In this document: piece by piece, positions 1 to 12,200 of the stretch
Layout of the letters: the number at the start of each line of letters is the position of its first letter
Position numbering within the stretch: the first letter of the stretch is position 1
DNA from: Bispira polyomma
Taxonomy: Eukaryota
Direction of reading: 5' to 3'
NCBI GenBank assembly: GCA_965649765.1
Contig: OZ287757.1
Location: 27,280,001-27,344,000 of the forward strand
Length of the DNA: 64,000 nucleotides
Notes under the pieces: generated by a model
The model's database searches: none
Seen by the model: the letters and a program-made list of their open reading frames with translations, nothing else
What the model was told of the DNA's origin: nothing
Position numbers and translations under genes: made by a program

Positions 1-212
1 GTTGTATCATTTCAGATCTAGTTAGGATAAAAATTAGCACTGATATTTAGTAATGGCCTCGAGATAATCGGTTTCAGTCACCGAAGTTAGTTAAAGTATG
101 TTTATTATTTATTGTAAGTGTAATCCAAACTGTTTAATACTTTCTGTTCTGACTACAACCTAAAGTAATTATGTTTTCGGTTGCAGATGTTGACAGTGAA
201 GAATCCAGTGCA

Positions 213-3200
213 ATGAAAATTGAAGGTATTTATTTAGTTGCAAAATCCAATATGTAGTTCTATCCACACTTGTGAGAAATTGGTGATTTTGAAACAGGAG
301 CTTCTAGGTTACCATGGCCCCTACACCACTTGATAGTTTATTTGTATCATTACAGGACCAGTTAACTGTCACTTAGGTTACTTTCGGTATGATCTGTTTA
401 CTTTTATTGAAGAAGTACCTTGTCAAATAAAGTGCTGTTTTATAATTTAATCAAAATCATAGAATATTACAATTTCTCATGGGGCCAGTTACAACAGAGA
501 AGTGCAGTTATGTTTTATACTTCATCATGGCAACGTTCTTGTGTTCAGAGCTATCAAACTCAACCAACATCCTTATTTGTCCTCAATCATCAAATCTAGT
601 AGCGTTACCTGGGGAAATCACCTCTTTGTTTCTTCAATCTCACCAAACAGGAAAATCAGCAGGTGCTCCTGTGGCTCCTGTTGAATGGAACAAACTTCCA
701 CACACTGTTAGATCACAGGATAAAATCAATGGTTTCTGGAGCCATCTGAAACCTTAACTTTTCAGACTGGCCTACCTCCTTCCTAAGTCCCCCTTCCCTT
801 GGTGGATGCTTTCTGGTAACGACCTTTTGTTTGTCTCTAAACCTTCTATTTTTGGATATCAGCGACATAAAGGATGTTCTCATCAATTTGGCGCTCTATA
901 AATGTTTCAATTATTAATATTATTATTAATAATAAAATAAAACCAACCACAATCTTAAGTTAGAAAGTAAAGTTTGAATGGTAACTACAAAATGTTTTGA
1001 TGAATGAAAATCTAAGAGCTTAATTGAAATGATACTACCTATTAGATGGATTATCATCCAAATAATAATTGTTGATCTTATAATAGAGAAAATCAAAATA
1101 CTTCGAATATCTTAATATAAAGATAATGCATGCCGCTAAACCACATTGAACTATAGAACTTGCATACCAGAAGATCTGTTAGCAACTATCAATTTTGTAC
1201 CTAAAGCTAAGGGGTAAGTAAACTCAAAAAATAACTTTATTGATAATAATAATAATAATGTAAATAAGGCAGCACGTACATAATATTTATATTTTAAAAA
1301 ATAAATAAATAAAATTGTAAATAAAATGACACAGAGCACTAAGTGGCTAATATTTTGAAAAATATAAAAATAAAATGGTATGTAATGTTATAAATTATAG
1401 TAGATCTGCTCATTAAAATGAACTCTGTATTTAAAGTTTTGTAATTCTTATTGGTAAAGGTGGAATTTGAATTTATATTGGGATATTTAACGTCCACTCT
1501 AGTACCTGTTTAGGTTATATTGGGACGGGTAGTTGGAAATGCTGGAGGAAACACTGCATACAGTTGATCAAGGTTCTGCCCTGAAACCAGCGGCCCAAGT
1601 AAGGAACTACCACCTTTCCCACAAAGGTATCAGCGGGAGTCGAACTCACACCACCCAGAGGTGAGAGACCAGTGATTGTGAAGTCCAATGCTTGCTAACC
1701 ACTAGGCCACCGCGGCCCCTGGTAAAGGTGGAAAGTCAAGTAGTAAGGTCAAAGTGGTAAGTTGGTATAATTTATTGAAGACAGTGAAACCAAAGTTTGA
1801 GGTATTTATTTTTTCCTGTACATATTAGTTTATATATTTATTTACAAGTAGGGTTAAAAGTAAGTAAAGAGTTTTAAAATACACCATAATTTAAAAAGCA
1901 CCCATTACACAGGATACATAAAACAAAAAACATAAGACTAACCAACTAGCCATGTAAACCAAAGCAAACTCCAACTAACTGAAATATTCAGACACATAAC
2001 CAATCTGAATTAATAATCAAAGAAAATAGTCCTCTATGACCATCTCTTAACACAACTAAGCATTCACAACTCAAAGACAATTGCGTCCCTAAAATCACAA
2101 TTTACATATTATATATTTGATGCACTATTTGCATTATATGTTTTTAAAAATTTTCAGAAAAAATTGGTCATGTCTTTTAAGTCCTTCACATTCTTCAGAT
2201 AATCACAAAATATATCAACGTAATATTCACCTTACACATTCCTGATCCATAAGTTGAAGTTTTGAAATATAAATACTTAAGTTTATGAATATATGTACCA
2301 TCCATTGTTATCAAATCTCCACTCTATAAGTGACCATAGCAAAGATTTGTTTATTTAAAAAATCTACCATTTCTAATGAAACCACTACTATAGTGGGGAA
2401 ACCGGGTCCTACGGCACCTAATCGCCTAGCAGTGAAGGTTCCCGGCTGCAGTATTGAATTCCCTAGTAGCCCACACCAGGGGGTAGTTACGGCGGGGGAC
2501 CAGGAACAAACGGATCCAGGTTCAAACCTGTTAGTAGTGACACTCGAGCTATCTAGTTAAGTATCTCCTCAATTGGGGGATAGACAGATTGAATAATACT
2601 ACGAATCTGCCACCAGGGATTAAGGTAGGTATAACTTTACCTTTGAACTGAACTAGCTGTGCATTGTGACAATTTCTCTATTTGAGTTACGGTAAACTGG
2701 AAAAGAGATTTTGTAAAATATTATATCTAATGCTATTCTATTATGAACATTTAAATTGTATATTTCTACAAACCATAGAATGATGTAATTGAGGATTCAA
2801 CATATTTGTCACAAATAGCGTTCTTCCACTGAGCAGATTCTCCAAGTTGAAAACAACTTACATTGAGAATAACTTAAGGAAAGCATTTATAAAATTATAT
2901 AATGTAAGACTATAAAAATAAAATAAATAACTTAGGAAATAGTTATTTAATTTTATTTAAATTCATGCAACAATTAAAACCAAAGAAAAAAATAGTCATG
3001 TGCTATTAATGTAGCACACAAAAAAATCGATTAAAATAGAAATAGAAAAAATTTACTTTATACCAACTTTCTTGAGTGGGGTTATATAAACGAACACTCT
3101 AACCAAGGATATCATACATCGTATACTACCAGAAGGAATCAAACATGTCTGCAACATTAAAAAGAAAGTTATTGTAAGTTTAAAAGAAAAAGCTTTTACA

Positions 3201-6200
3201 CAGTAGAAAAAAAACAGGATGTAATCTTTGCTCTAACATAATTCTAAAATGGGAGAAGAACCTTCAAAACAGAACTGACACACACGTTATACAGATTCCT
3301 TTGTTACAGAACAAAATATTATGTCCCGTTAGGGCCTTACAGGAACTTATTTTGGCAGGACCACTTCCTCCTGCTGCACCACTTTTTGCAGCCTGTGTAC
3401 CACCATTCCATCCAATAGTTGACACACATGTAAGGTTTTCACTCCAGAAAGTTCTTACACACTTAGGTATACCATACAGGTCACACGGCTTTCACACCTT
3501 TAGAAGGTCGGGGGCCTCCTTTGCATTCAACAAGAACGTGTCTTTGCAAAACATTATGTCTCATGGGCTTTGGAGGTCCTTGGCCGTGTGGGCTTATTTA
3601 CAGAAAACCTCACAGGCTGCTTCAATTGTCCCTCTTACTTTTGCCTCTGCCATTCCCCCTTCTTAGTTGGGCTTGGGGCTTAAAATTTTATGTTATAAAA
3701 ATTTTAACTTTATTTTACCTCTCAACATGTATATAAATACTAACTTGTAGATAATAAAATCTCAAATGAAATCTTTTATTGCTTTCAACAATTTCACCTA
3801 AACTTACAAATTAACTTACCACCAGTGGACTGTGCATAGCAAGTCACCTTTAGGCAACTGCTAGTTCAGTCCACCCTCTCTCTTATTATTATACTCTACC
3901 TTAAGACCCCCTAGCGAATGCTACAGTATTATCCACTTTTCTTTCTATCCATAGCTACTAGTGAATCACAGCACAGATCACCTGTGACCCCTAGCTTTAC
4001 TAGCTATCCTCCATATTGTATTTATTATTTCACTTGTGAACAGGACATTGTGGAAAAATTCAACTCTCCAACTCCCCTTCACCACAGCATTTATTATTTA
4101 TTTGAACTTAAGGTTTCTGCTTAGACTCAAGGCTGTTATTTAACGGGGTGAGAGAGTGGGTATGAGTTCTGGATTCCGAGCCGTGTGTTGGGAGGTCCCG
4201 GCTTCTTATTCCCTCCCCTGGGCAAACCACTGGGGTGCCAGGGTAGAATAAGGGGCTCTGAGAGCCCGGACCTGTCCCTCTGCTAGGCGATTAGGTGTCC
4301 AAGGCCCGGGGTCCTGTCCTCTAACCTGCTGTGTATCTGTTTGTGAACTTACATTTGTAGCTTTGAGGCATGACTGTAAAAATTTTCAGTTTAGGTCAGG
4401 TTGACTTGATTGGACAGGGTGACATAAGACTCACTTAGACACTAGTTGTGGACAACATACATAGGTTTACACTGGAAATTATCCCTGGTGGAATTTTCCA
4501 AATGACTGATATGACCTAATCTTAAAGTTCTAAATCACAGGGGTGTGAACCCAACATATTAGGTGTTTACATCTCAGGTGCGAGATGGATAATTCATGGC
4601 ACAAGATTGTCGTGCTTGCACGAAGGGAGTGTGTAGTAGAATAAAATCACAATATAGCATGTGTGGCTAAGCTTCTGTTAAGATATACCACTGCACGTAT
4701 GCATTACTTTTACATGTTTCTAGAATGTATTGTGTTCATAATAGTTTAGTTTATTAATGTAACGGTTAGAATTTTGGAACTTGTATATGGGAAAGTTAAA
4801 TACTGTATTGGTTCACAATTTGTGACAAGATCTGTTGTTTTATCATTTGCCAACTATGCTGCCTCATAGTATTATAGGTTATATTGTTCCTGTTGAGGGA
4901 ATTGTTATCTTCTAACATAAAGTTTGGTATGATCAAGGGGTCTGTAGTCTTTAAATTTGTTTGTTCACGACTAGTCCTATTTTGTTGGTACTCCTCTTGT
5001 CAGTGTTAGCCTGTGTGAGGCTTAAAATTTTATGTTATAAAAATTTTAACTTTATTTTACCTCTCAACATCTATATAAATACTAACTTGTAGATAATAAA
5101 ATCTTAAATGAAATATTTTATTGCCTTCAACAATTTCACCTAAACTTACAAATTAACTTACCACCAGTGGACTGACGCACAATGTACACACACAAAGGAA
5201 CGCTAACAACAAAAACAAAAATAGAAAATCAAAAGTGAAAACAATTGCTTATATATTTGAAGGTCCCTCAATAATATGCAATAAAATGTGTAAATTAAGT
5301 GCAATGTGCTAATAAGATTATACCAAAATGGTGTTTGTAAAATAACTGTTTAAAATAATATAGAGTCGTGAGCAAAAATAGGAGACTTTTTACCTCTTTT
5401 TGTAATTAACTAGCGAATGAGTTTGGTTTATTCTTTTCATCATAAACTCGGTTCATGTGTTGTAGACGCATAGGCTAGCAAATTAAGTTTGTGGCCTCAG
5501 TGGGTCGCCCTATTCTGATCTTGTTCGATTTTGGACTGACATTTCTATAACAATTTTTGTTGACCAAGACCTCAGATGTATTAAATATAGCACTTTGATT
5601 ATTGGAACTCTTTATTGTATACATAATAGACTGGTACCACAAGTAGTCACTTAAAAGTCACATGATGCCCTTTGTAAAAAGCCTTATTAGCATATTATTT
5701 CTTTGTAGAGCAAGAAGAACATTATGATTACAGAAATGAGGTAATGGTTAAACAGTTATTATATATTGTGTAATACTTTTATAGTGTAAATTCAACAAAA
5801 CATATACTGTGATTGAGATCACAACTGAAAATACTTTTTATTATCTTAATTACTTCTCATTTCAATATTTATCAAACTTCCCTAATGTTCTGTGTCATAC
5901 ATTTGCGAAAACTTTGGTACAATAATTTCATCTTTATTTTATTTTAGGCTTTATTGGAATTTAAAATATCTCCTGCAGGAGCAACTTACCACTTTCCAGA
6001 AGAAAATGTTACTGTGGTTATTTCACCAAACAGTTTATGCCATTCTGGAATTCCGTGTACAGCATCCATAACACCAATTCAAAAAGAAAAGCACATGTCT
6101 GGTGTAATGAGTAAAATCTATCAGTTCAATCCATGTGGATTAATCACACAAAACATGCTGATGTTTGTTCTTCCTCTCCTCCCAGCCCACAATTACAATT

Positions 6201-9200
6201 ACAGCAATATGACTCTCATGTACCGTGGTGAAGGGGACATTGAATTCGTCTGTGCTAAAACCATGAAGGAATATAAACCAAGATGGGTATTTCATGGTAA
6301 TGCTTGCTATTTATTTCTCAACCATTTTTGCGAAATGTATATAAGTGAGGAGGAAAATGATTCTGGAAAAAGAACAACAACGATAACCTTGCAGATTTTG
6401 TTGTTTTATAAGTACAGTGATGAAGAGTTAGAACTTAAAACTACATTTGGATGCTACAATGAAGATTCAACCTGTTCTTCTACAAATGTCACAAAGGTAA
6501 GTTTAAAATGCAGTCAAAGTTTTATTTAAATCATCTAGATATTTGAAGTAGTTTAATTGTTAGCTCTAGTGGGAACTGTGCTACTGAATTTGCTGTCTCG
6601 ATAAGTTGGCAATAGATTAACAAAATGTCTGTGACAAGGAAGAAATCTTGTGATACTAATGTTAAACTTCTATCACGCTAAAATTTATATCATGTTTTGC
6701 ATAACACCAACCCTCAATAGTACACATCCAATTAAAACCACATTTGGATGCTTCTATACTAAATCAACATGTTCTTCTACAAGAGTCAATTTATTTCAAT
6801 GATGTATACATTATAATTTATTTATTTAAAACATTTCGGTGATTTTAAGAATTTGTAAAAAAATAAAATGAGTATTTGTAGTATTTTAATGACTAGTCCT
6901 ATTGGGAAATTGGCTCAATTGGCCCTCTCGAATAGATTAACTAAAATGTTGGTGGTTTCCAAGGGAGAAATCTTGACCCAATAACTTGCTATTCCAGTTG
7001 TCATAATCCCCATATACATTTACTTATGACTTTATAAATCTCCACATGTAATTTAACTTTTTGCAGCATTACACAGCAGCAGGTTATAGCATTGGAGGTG
7101 AACGACAGGCTATTATCTTTAGAGGATCCACCTTAACTGTTGAACCACAGTTTTGTCAAAATGACTGGGAGCTAAGTCACTCTGGTGATGTAATAGAGGT
7201 GAGAAAGTTAAAAAAAATCTATAATGATATCAAAATAAAGTTTTGTATCCAGTGCAATGTATATGGAGATTACAGTCACCTTATTTTAGTTTTCCTGCAT
7301 AGACATTAGGTCTGTGCAACTTGCAAATGCTTAACTAAAGTTTATTGTTTTGCAATATGGTAGTTCAGAGTAAAAGCATTGGATAATTATTAGTAGGGTA
7401 TTGGAATTATCTATTATTATTAGTAGAACACAATAAATTGTTAGAAAACTGGGGCACATTTTTGCAATTTTGTTTTAATTACACTGCATTGTAGTCCCAT
7501 GTGGCAATGGCACCACAGAGCAAACCATAGATAGATACCCATTTGCCAGTGAACAAGTAGTTTATTAGTATTGCAATTTCAGGAGATACGTGGCACTACT
7601 TTGGTAGACATGTGTAAATTTTGCCGCATTACAGCAAATGCATGGCCAATAGCCATTTCACATACACTGCTGAAGCGTGTGGCCATGTCAAAACGAAAAA
7701 AAGATGTAGTAATAAAAATAACCCATGAGGGCCAGACAATTGTTTTAGAGTGTAAGGTGGTAAGTAATGCAATGACTTGAATATATTCAGTATGTATTTC
7801 AGAAAAAATCTGTATTTATGTGACCAGTATCTAGTATATTTATCATTTAGCTTGTGATAAGAACTCCCCCGAAAACTATGTTTAAAACTTAAGAATAAAT
7901 AATCCGCTGCCAAACAATATCTATTCTACACATATTGAGCTGCTTTTTGTACAGTTACATAACTGTCATGCCCTTTTTCGGCATTAAGTTCTTGAAGTGA
8001 ATTTTTTTTAAGTGAATTTTTTAAAACTTTGGTATTTTTGGTGAAACAATATCTACTATACACATATTTTACCGAAATGCCTGTCTCTGACTGAAGTTAT
8101 CTGATGTACATGTCTTAATTATTGATGTGGTTTTTAACAGATTACATTATTATTATGATTCCACTTTTAACACGCTTTATTGATGCTAGGCATATGCTAA
8201 AGCACAAACAGAATCAGTAATCCAATTGTAAAGTATACGGGTGTAGCAAAGTTGTAGAAAAAGATGTGGAAGCATACAGGAGGGAACTAAGGTGGGTAGC
8301 CAAGGTAAAAATATAGGTTTAGAGCTTTTTCCTAAAACCATCTACTGATCTGAGGGGACTGGGAGACTGTTCCATAACAATGAAGCTGCAATGGAAAAAG
8401 CTCTGGATCCCTCCCTCCTGATGGGTGTAACCGAAGTAACAAAGAGTCTGTTGCCTCCCTTTAGGTTACTGAAAGAGAAAAGAGGAGCAAGGTATGATGT
8501 TGTTGTTGTTGGGTGACTACAGCCTTAAAAATGGTAACATGAATTTTAAACAAAATTTGAGAGTGAATGGGCAGACAGTGTGGGTTTTTTGGTAAGTAGC
8601 GACGTCTGTGTGACCACCCAGGCAAAATATCACCTGTATAGGTAGTTTTTAATGGAATTGAGATTATTAATCTGTGACTTGTTTACTCCAAACAAAAGAA
8701 AGTTGCAGTAGTCGAGGGCATTAGCCACAGCTATAACAGTGTTCAGTGACAGGTGATTTTGGATTCTTTTGATGTCACCTATGTGATATTAGCTGAAGTG
8801 ACAGATGTTGGCAATATGAGTGTCAAGCAAAAAGGCCGAGTCAAAAGTTACACCCAGGTTTTTGGCATTTTCGGAAGGCATTATATCTTTTCTCCGAAGG
8901 GAAATAGGGAACCTTGATTTGAGGAATGCACTATATTTCTATATGTCTCCAATGAGAATGAATTCAGTTTTGTCGTTGTTTAATTTCAATTTGGAGTAGA
9001 ATTTATCCACGCCTGGACAGAGGACAGACAGTCTGCAAATAAATTAATATTTTGTTTGTGTTTTGAGGGTTGAGAGAGATAGACTTGTGGTGTCATGAGC
9101 ACACATGTGGTGTTTTATATTATCATTATTGATAAGAGGATGTGTAAAAAGGGTTAAACATAGATGCCCAAGGACAGATCTCTGGGGTACTCTGTATCGT

Positions 9201-12200
9201 AGGTTAATGGAAGATGAAAAGTGATCATCTAGTTTAAATTCTTTGTTCTCTAAGAGTAAGGTAGTATCTGAACCAATCAAGGAGACAAAGCTGAGATTTG
9301 ACACTGGTCTGAAGTTTTTTAGCTGGTTCTTATTAAGCCCTGTTTTTTTAGCATGGGAGTAACATTTGCATTTTTGAAACAGGTAGGGGAAAATATCATC
9401 CTGAGGAGAAAAATTTAATATGTTGATTGTGGGTGTGACTAGGATGTCGAGGCATTGATTTAGAATAACGGCTGGGATTAGATCAGGTTCACAAGATTTA
9501 ATAGGAGAGGATTCAAGGAGTTTTAGAATATCCTGCTTGGAAAGTCTGCGGAAATGGAACAGGCTATAAATCTTATACTCTGGAATTGGAGGGCAGAATG
9601 AGACATCATTAAAAAGCCGTAACGAATGTTGCTGATTTTATCAATAAAAAATTTGCTAAATTTATCCATGTAAAAATGTTAGACAATGGTTTATCGGGAG
9701 AACTTTCTTAGATATTCTATGGAGAATTTTATTTTTCTTTACGACCTTGCTATGCCCATGGAATTTACGATTAGATAACTAATTCTGCAGTTGTGCTTTT
9801 GAAGAGCATCAATAAAGCGCGTTAAAAAAGCACAATAATAATAATAATGAACAGTTTTAGATGTGCTTCTACAAGTAATTCTTGATTAAGTCCATATTTC
9901 AGAGTGCATCATTTAATACTCAAGCCTAAATCAATGGTGCCATGATATAAAACTGGCTCAACTGTTTTTAGCCCAAGTCAGACTTGAAATATATACATGT
10001 GGCTTTAAGTTATTCAAGTTTAGAGTGAGTTGTCTAGCCTACAAAACTCAGTTTCAGTCATTTCTTATATATGAAAGGCAATCAATAACTGTAAATAGTT
10101 AAGCTAGACTGATATCAACTATAATTTTTAAAAATACTATTCACTTGTAACAAGTCGATACATATCAGATAATATGTGATGTACTTGTACTTATAATTCT
10201 TTTAATGTTTGGTATTGTTACTTTATATGGAGCACTAAAATGACATATCCTTTTCTTACCTTCTAAAATATTCGGTTAGACATATTAATGTGTACTCAAT
10301 ATTCACACATATTATCCTTGCTTTATTACTTTTTCATTGTCACTTCATTGAAATATATGTACAATGATTTTCTGCTTCATAATAAAAATTTTCAATATGT
10401 TTGCATGAGTACTATGTTTCATGTCTCCTGTTTTTTTGTTTTAGTCAAAATTACCTCAACAGAATAGCAACAGTCAAAATGCATTTCGACAACTAATTGG
10501 CATGGAGAATGAAACCATTGAAGATGAAATTAGAGATATATTTTACATGCACATGTCAAATACCAAAATAAATGAATGTGAACCCATAATGAAAATAGAT
10601 CTCCAACCTAAGATGGATCCTAGAGGGTTCACGAAACTATTTTTTGAAATATTTATGAAAAGTTACCATGGCACACCGGATAAATTAGAGATTTTACATT
10701 CATTAATGATATATCTAAGACAGTTTCCATGTCTGCAAGACATTGAACGAGAATTAAAATGTTTAGAATGTGTAAAGAAAATCGAGAAGCAATTCCTGTA
10801 CCTTTTGAGGGAAGGATTACTGGACAGCTTTCCACAATTTTTAGAAAGCAGAGGCTTCCTTAGTAGTAAAGAATGTACCAAGTTGCTAACATATCCAGAT
10901 ACTGCCAGCAAGGTTATGTATGTGATGGAAAATATCATATTACATAACTCCAACAACTACAAGATACTTATGAAGTATTGCACAAACCAACCCAAATTGA
11001 AGAAATTTCTCCCAGAAGGTACACAGTCCATGGATGAAAATGAAATGACTGATTCTGTGAGTATATGTTCCTAGTGTACTGCTTTTATCTTATTTCCAAT
11101 ACATCTATTATTCTCTATAGAGAGCATAACAAAGGTTGATATATTATAACAAACAAATAAAGTTCCTTCGCATTAGTGCAAAGCTCGAGCATATTTCAAA
11201 GTGAACCTAGTGTGAGCTAAATATAAAGCTATAACAATTTTTAATAAGTAAAATATTGAAAAGAATCATCATTTCATATACATTGACACAAAAATAATGT
11301 TGTACTGAATATGTGAATATGCAAGTTTTTATTTTTGTAGATCAGACCAAATGACTTGCCGAAGTTGTGCAACGATTGTCTCCTGACTGTTGCTAATGAA
11401 ACCCTTGGCCTACAAAGCACAATTGATGTTTTGGCCGAAGTGGGTAATAGTTTTTGCTCCCGCTTAAATTATGACATAATTTGTGATAATGCATGGCAGG
11501 GAATTAACAGTGCAAGGAATGACGATGAGGCATTGGGATTGGTGCGTAAGGTAGTTATTTGCACATTATTATTTAACCAGTTTAAAAAAGTGGGTAAAGA
11601 TTTTGTATAACTATCTGTATTTCCTTTGACATGATCTGCGTATGGAAAATGCTTTATAACAAAATTAACAAACTTGACACTTATTCATCCATATAATTCA
11701 AAAAGTGTGGTATGAAACTATCTTATAGTCTCAAAAGTAATAGATACCTTGGCACTATATGATACTTAGTATTTATATAGATGGGCTTTATTGTCCAGCA
11801 TTATATCAAGTTTAAGTATTTTGTATCTATAAATCTTTGCTTTCAAGCAACCAGTTTAGGGGTACTTTAAGGTGTTCTCTGTAAAGGTCAGTTTCTACAT
11901 TTGTATTCAAGCTAAAATCTAAATGGTTATTGTACATATATCTTTATGTTTGGTAAAAGGATAAAACAATGATGACTCTATCTTAAGGTGACACCATAAA
12001 CTCCACTCTTAACCTACAAGGGATTTGTACCCTTGCAACACATAATTGTGCACCTCTCCTCTCGGAATCATGTTTAAGTGACAAAATCACTATTGATGGA
12101 TGTTTAATTATTCCATATTGATTAAATTTTGGATATGTTTTGAGTTTAAGCATATTAATGTTATTATAAACATTTTCTATTGTCGATATATTTTCTTTTA

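Noticed and set aside
2402-4310. Single DIRS1-type element with inverted terminal repeats
   Set aside because: Only 18 bp match exactly, the flanks are diverged, and the intervening 2660-3230 is unrelated AT-rich DNA. Two separate remnants are more likely.
11860-11886. 27-nt in-frame microexon (GYFKVFSVK) in the ZU5 gene
   Set aside because: AG/GT sites exist, but an upstream AG competes and the model is in frame without it. It needs RNA evidence.
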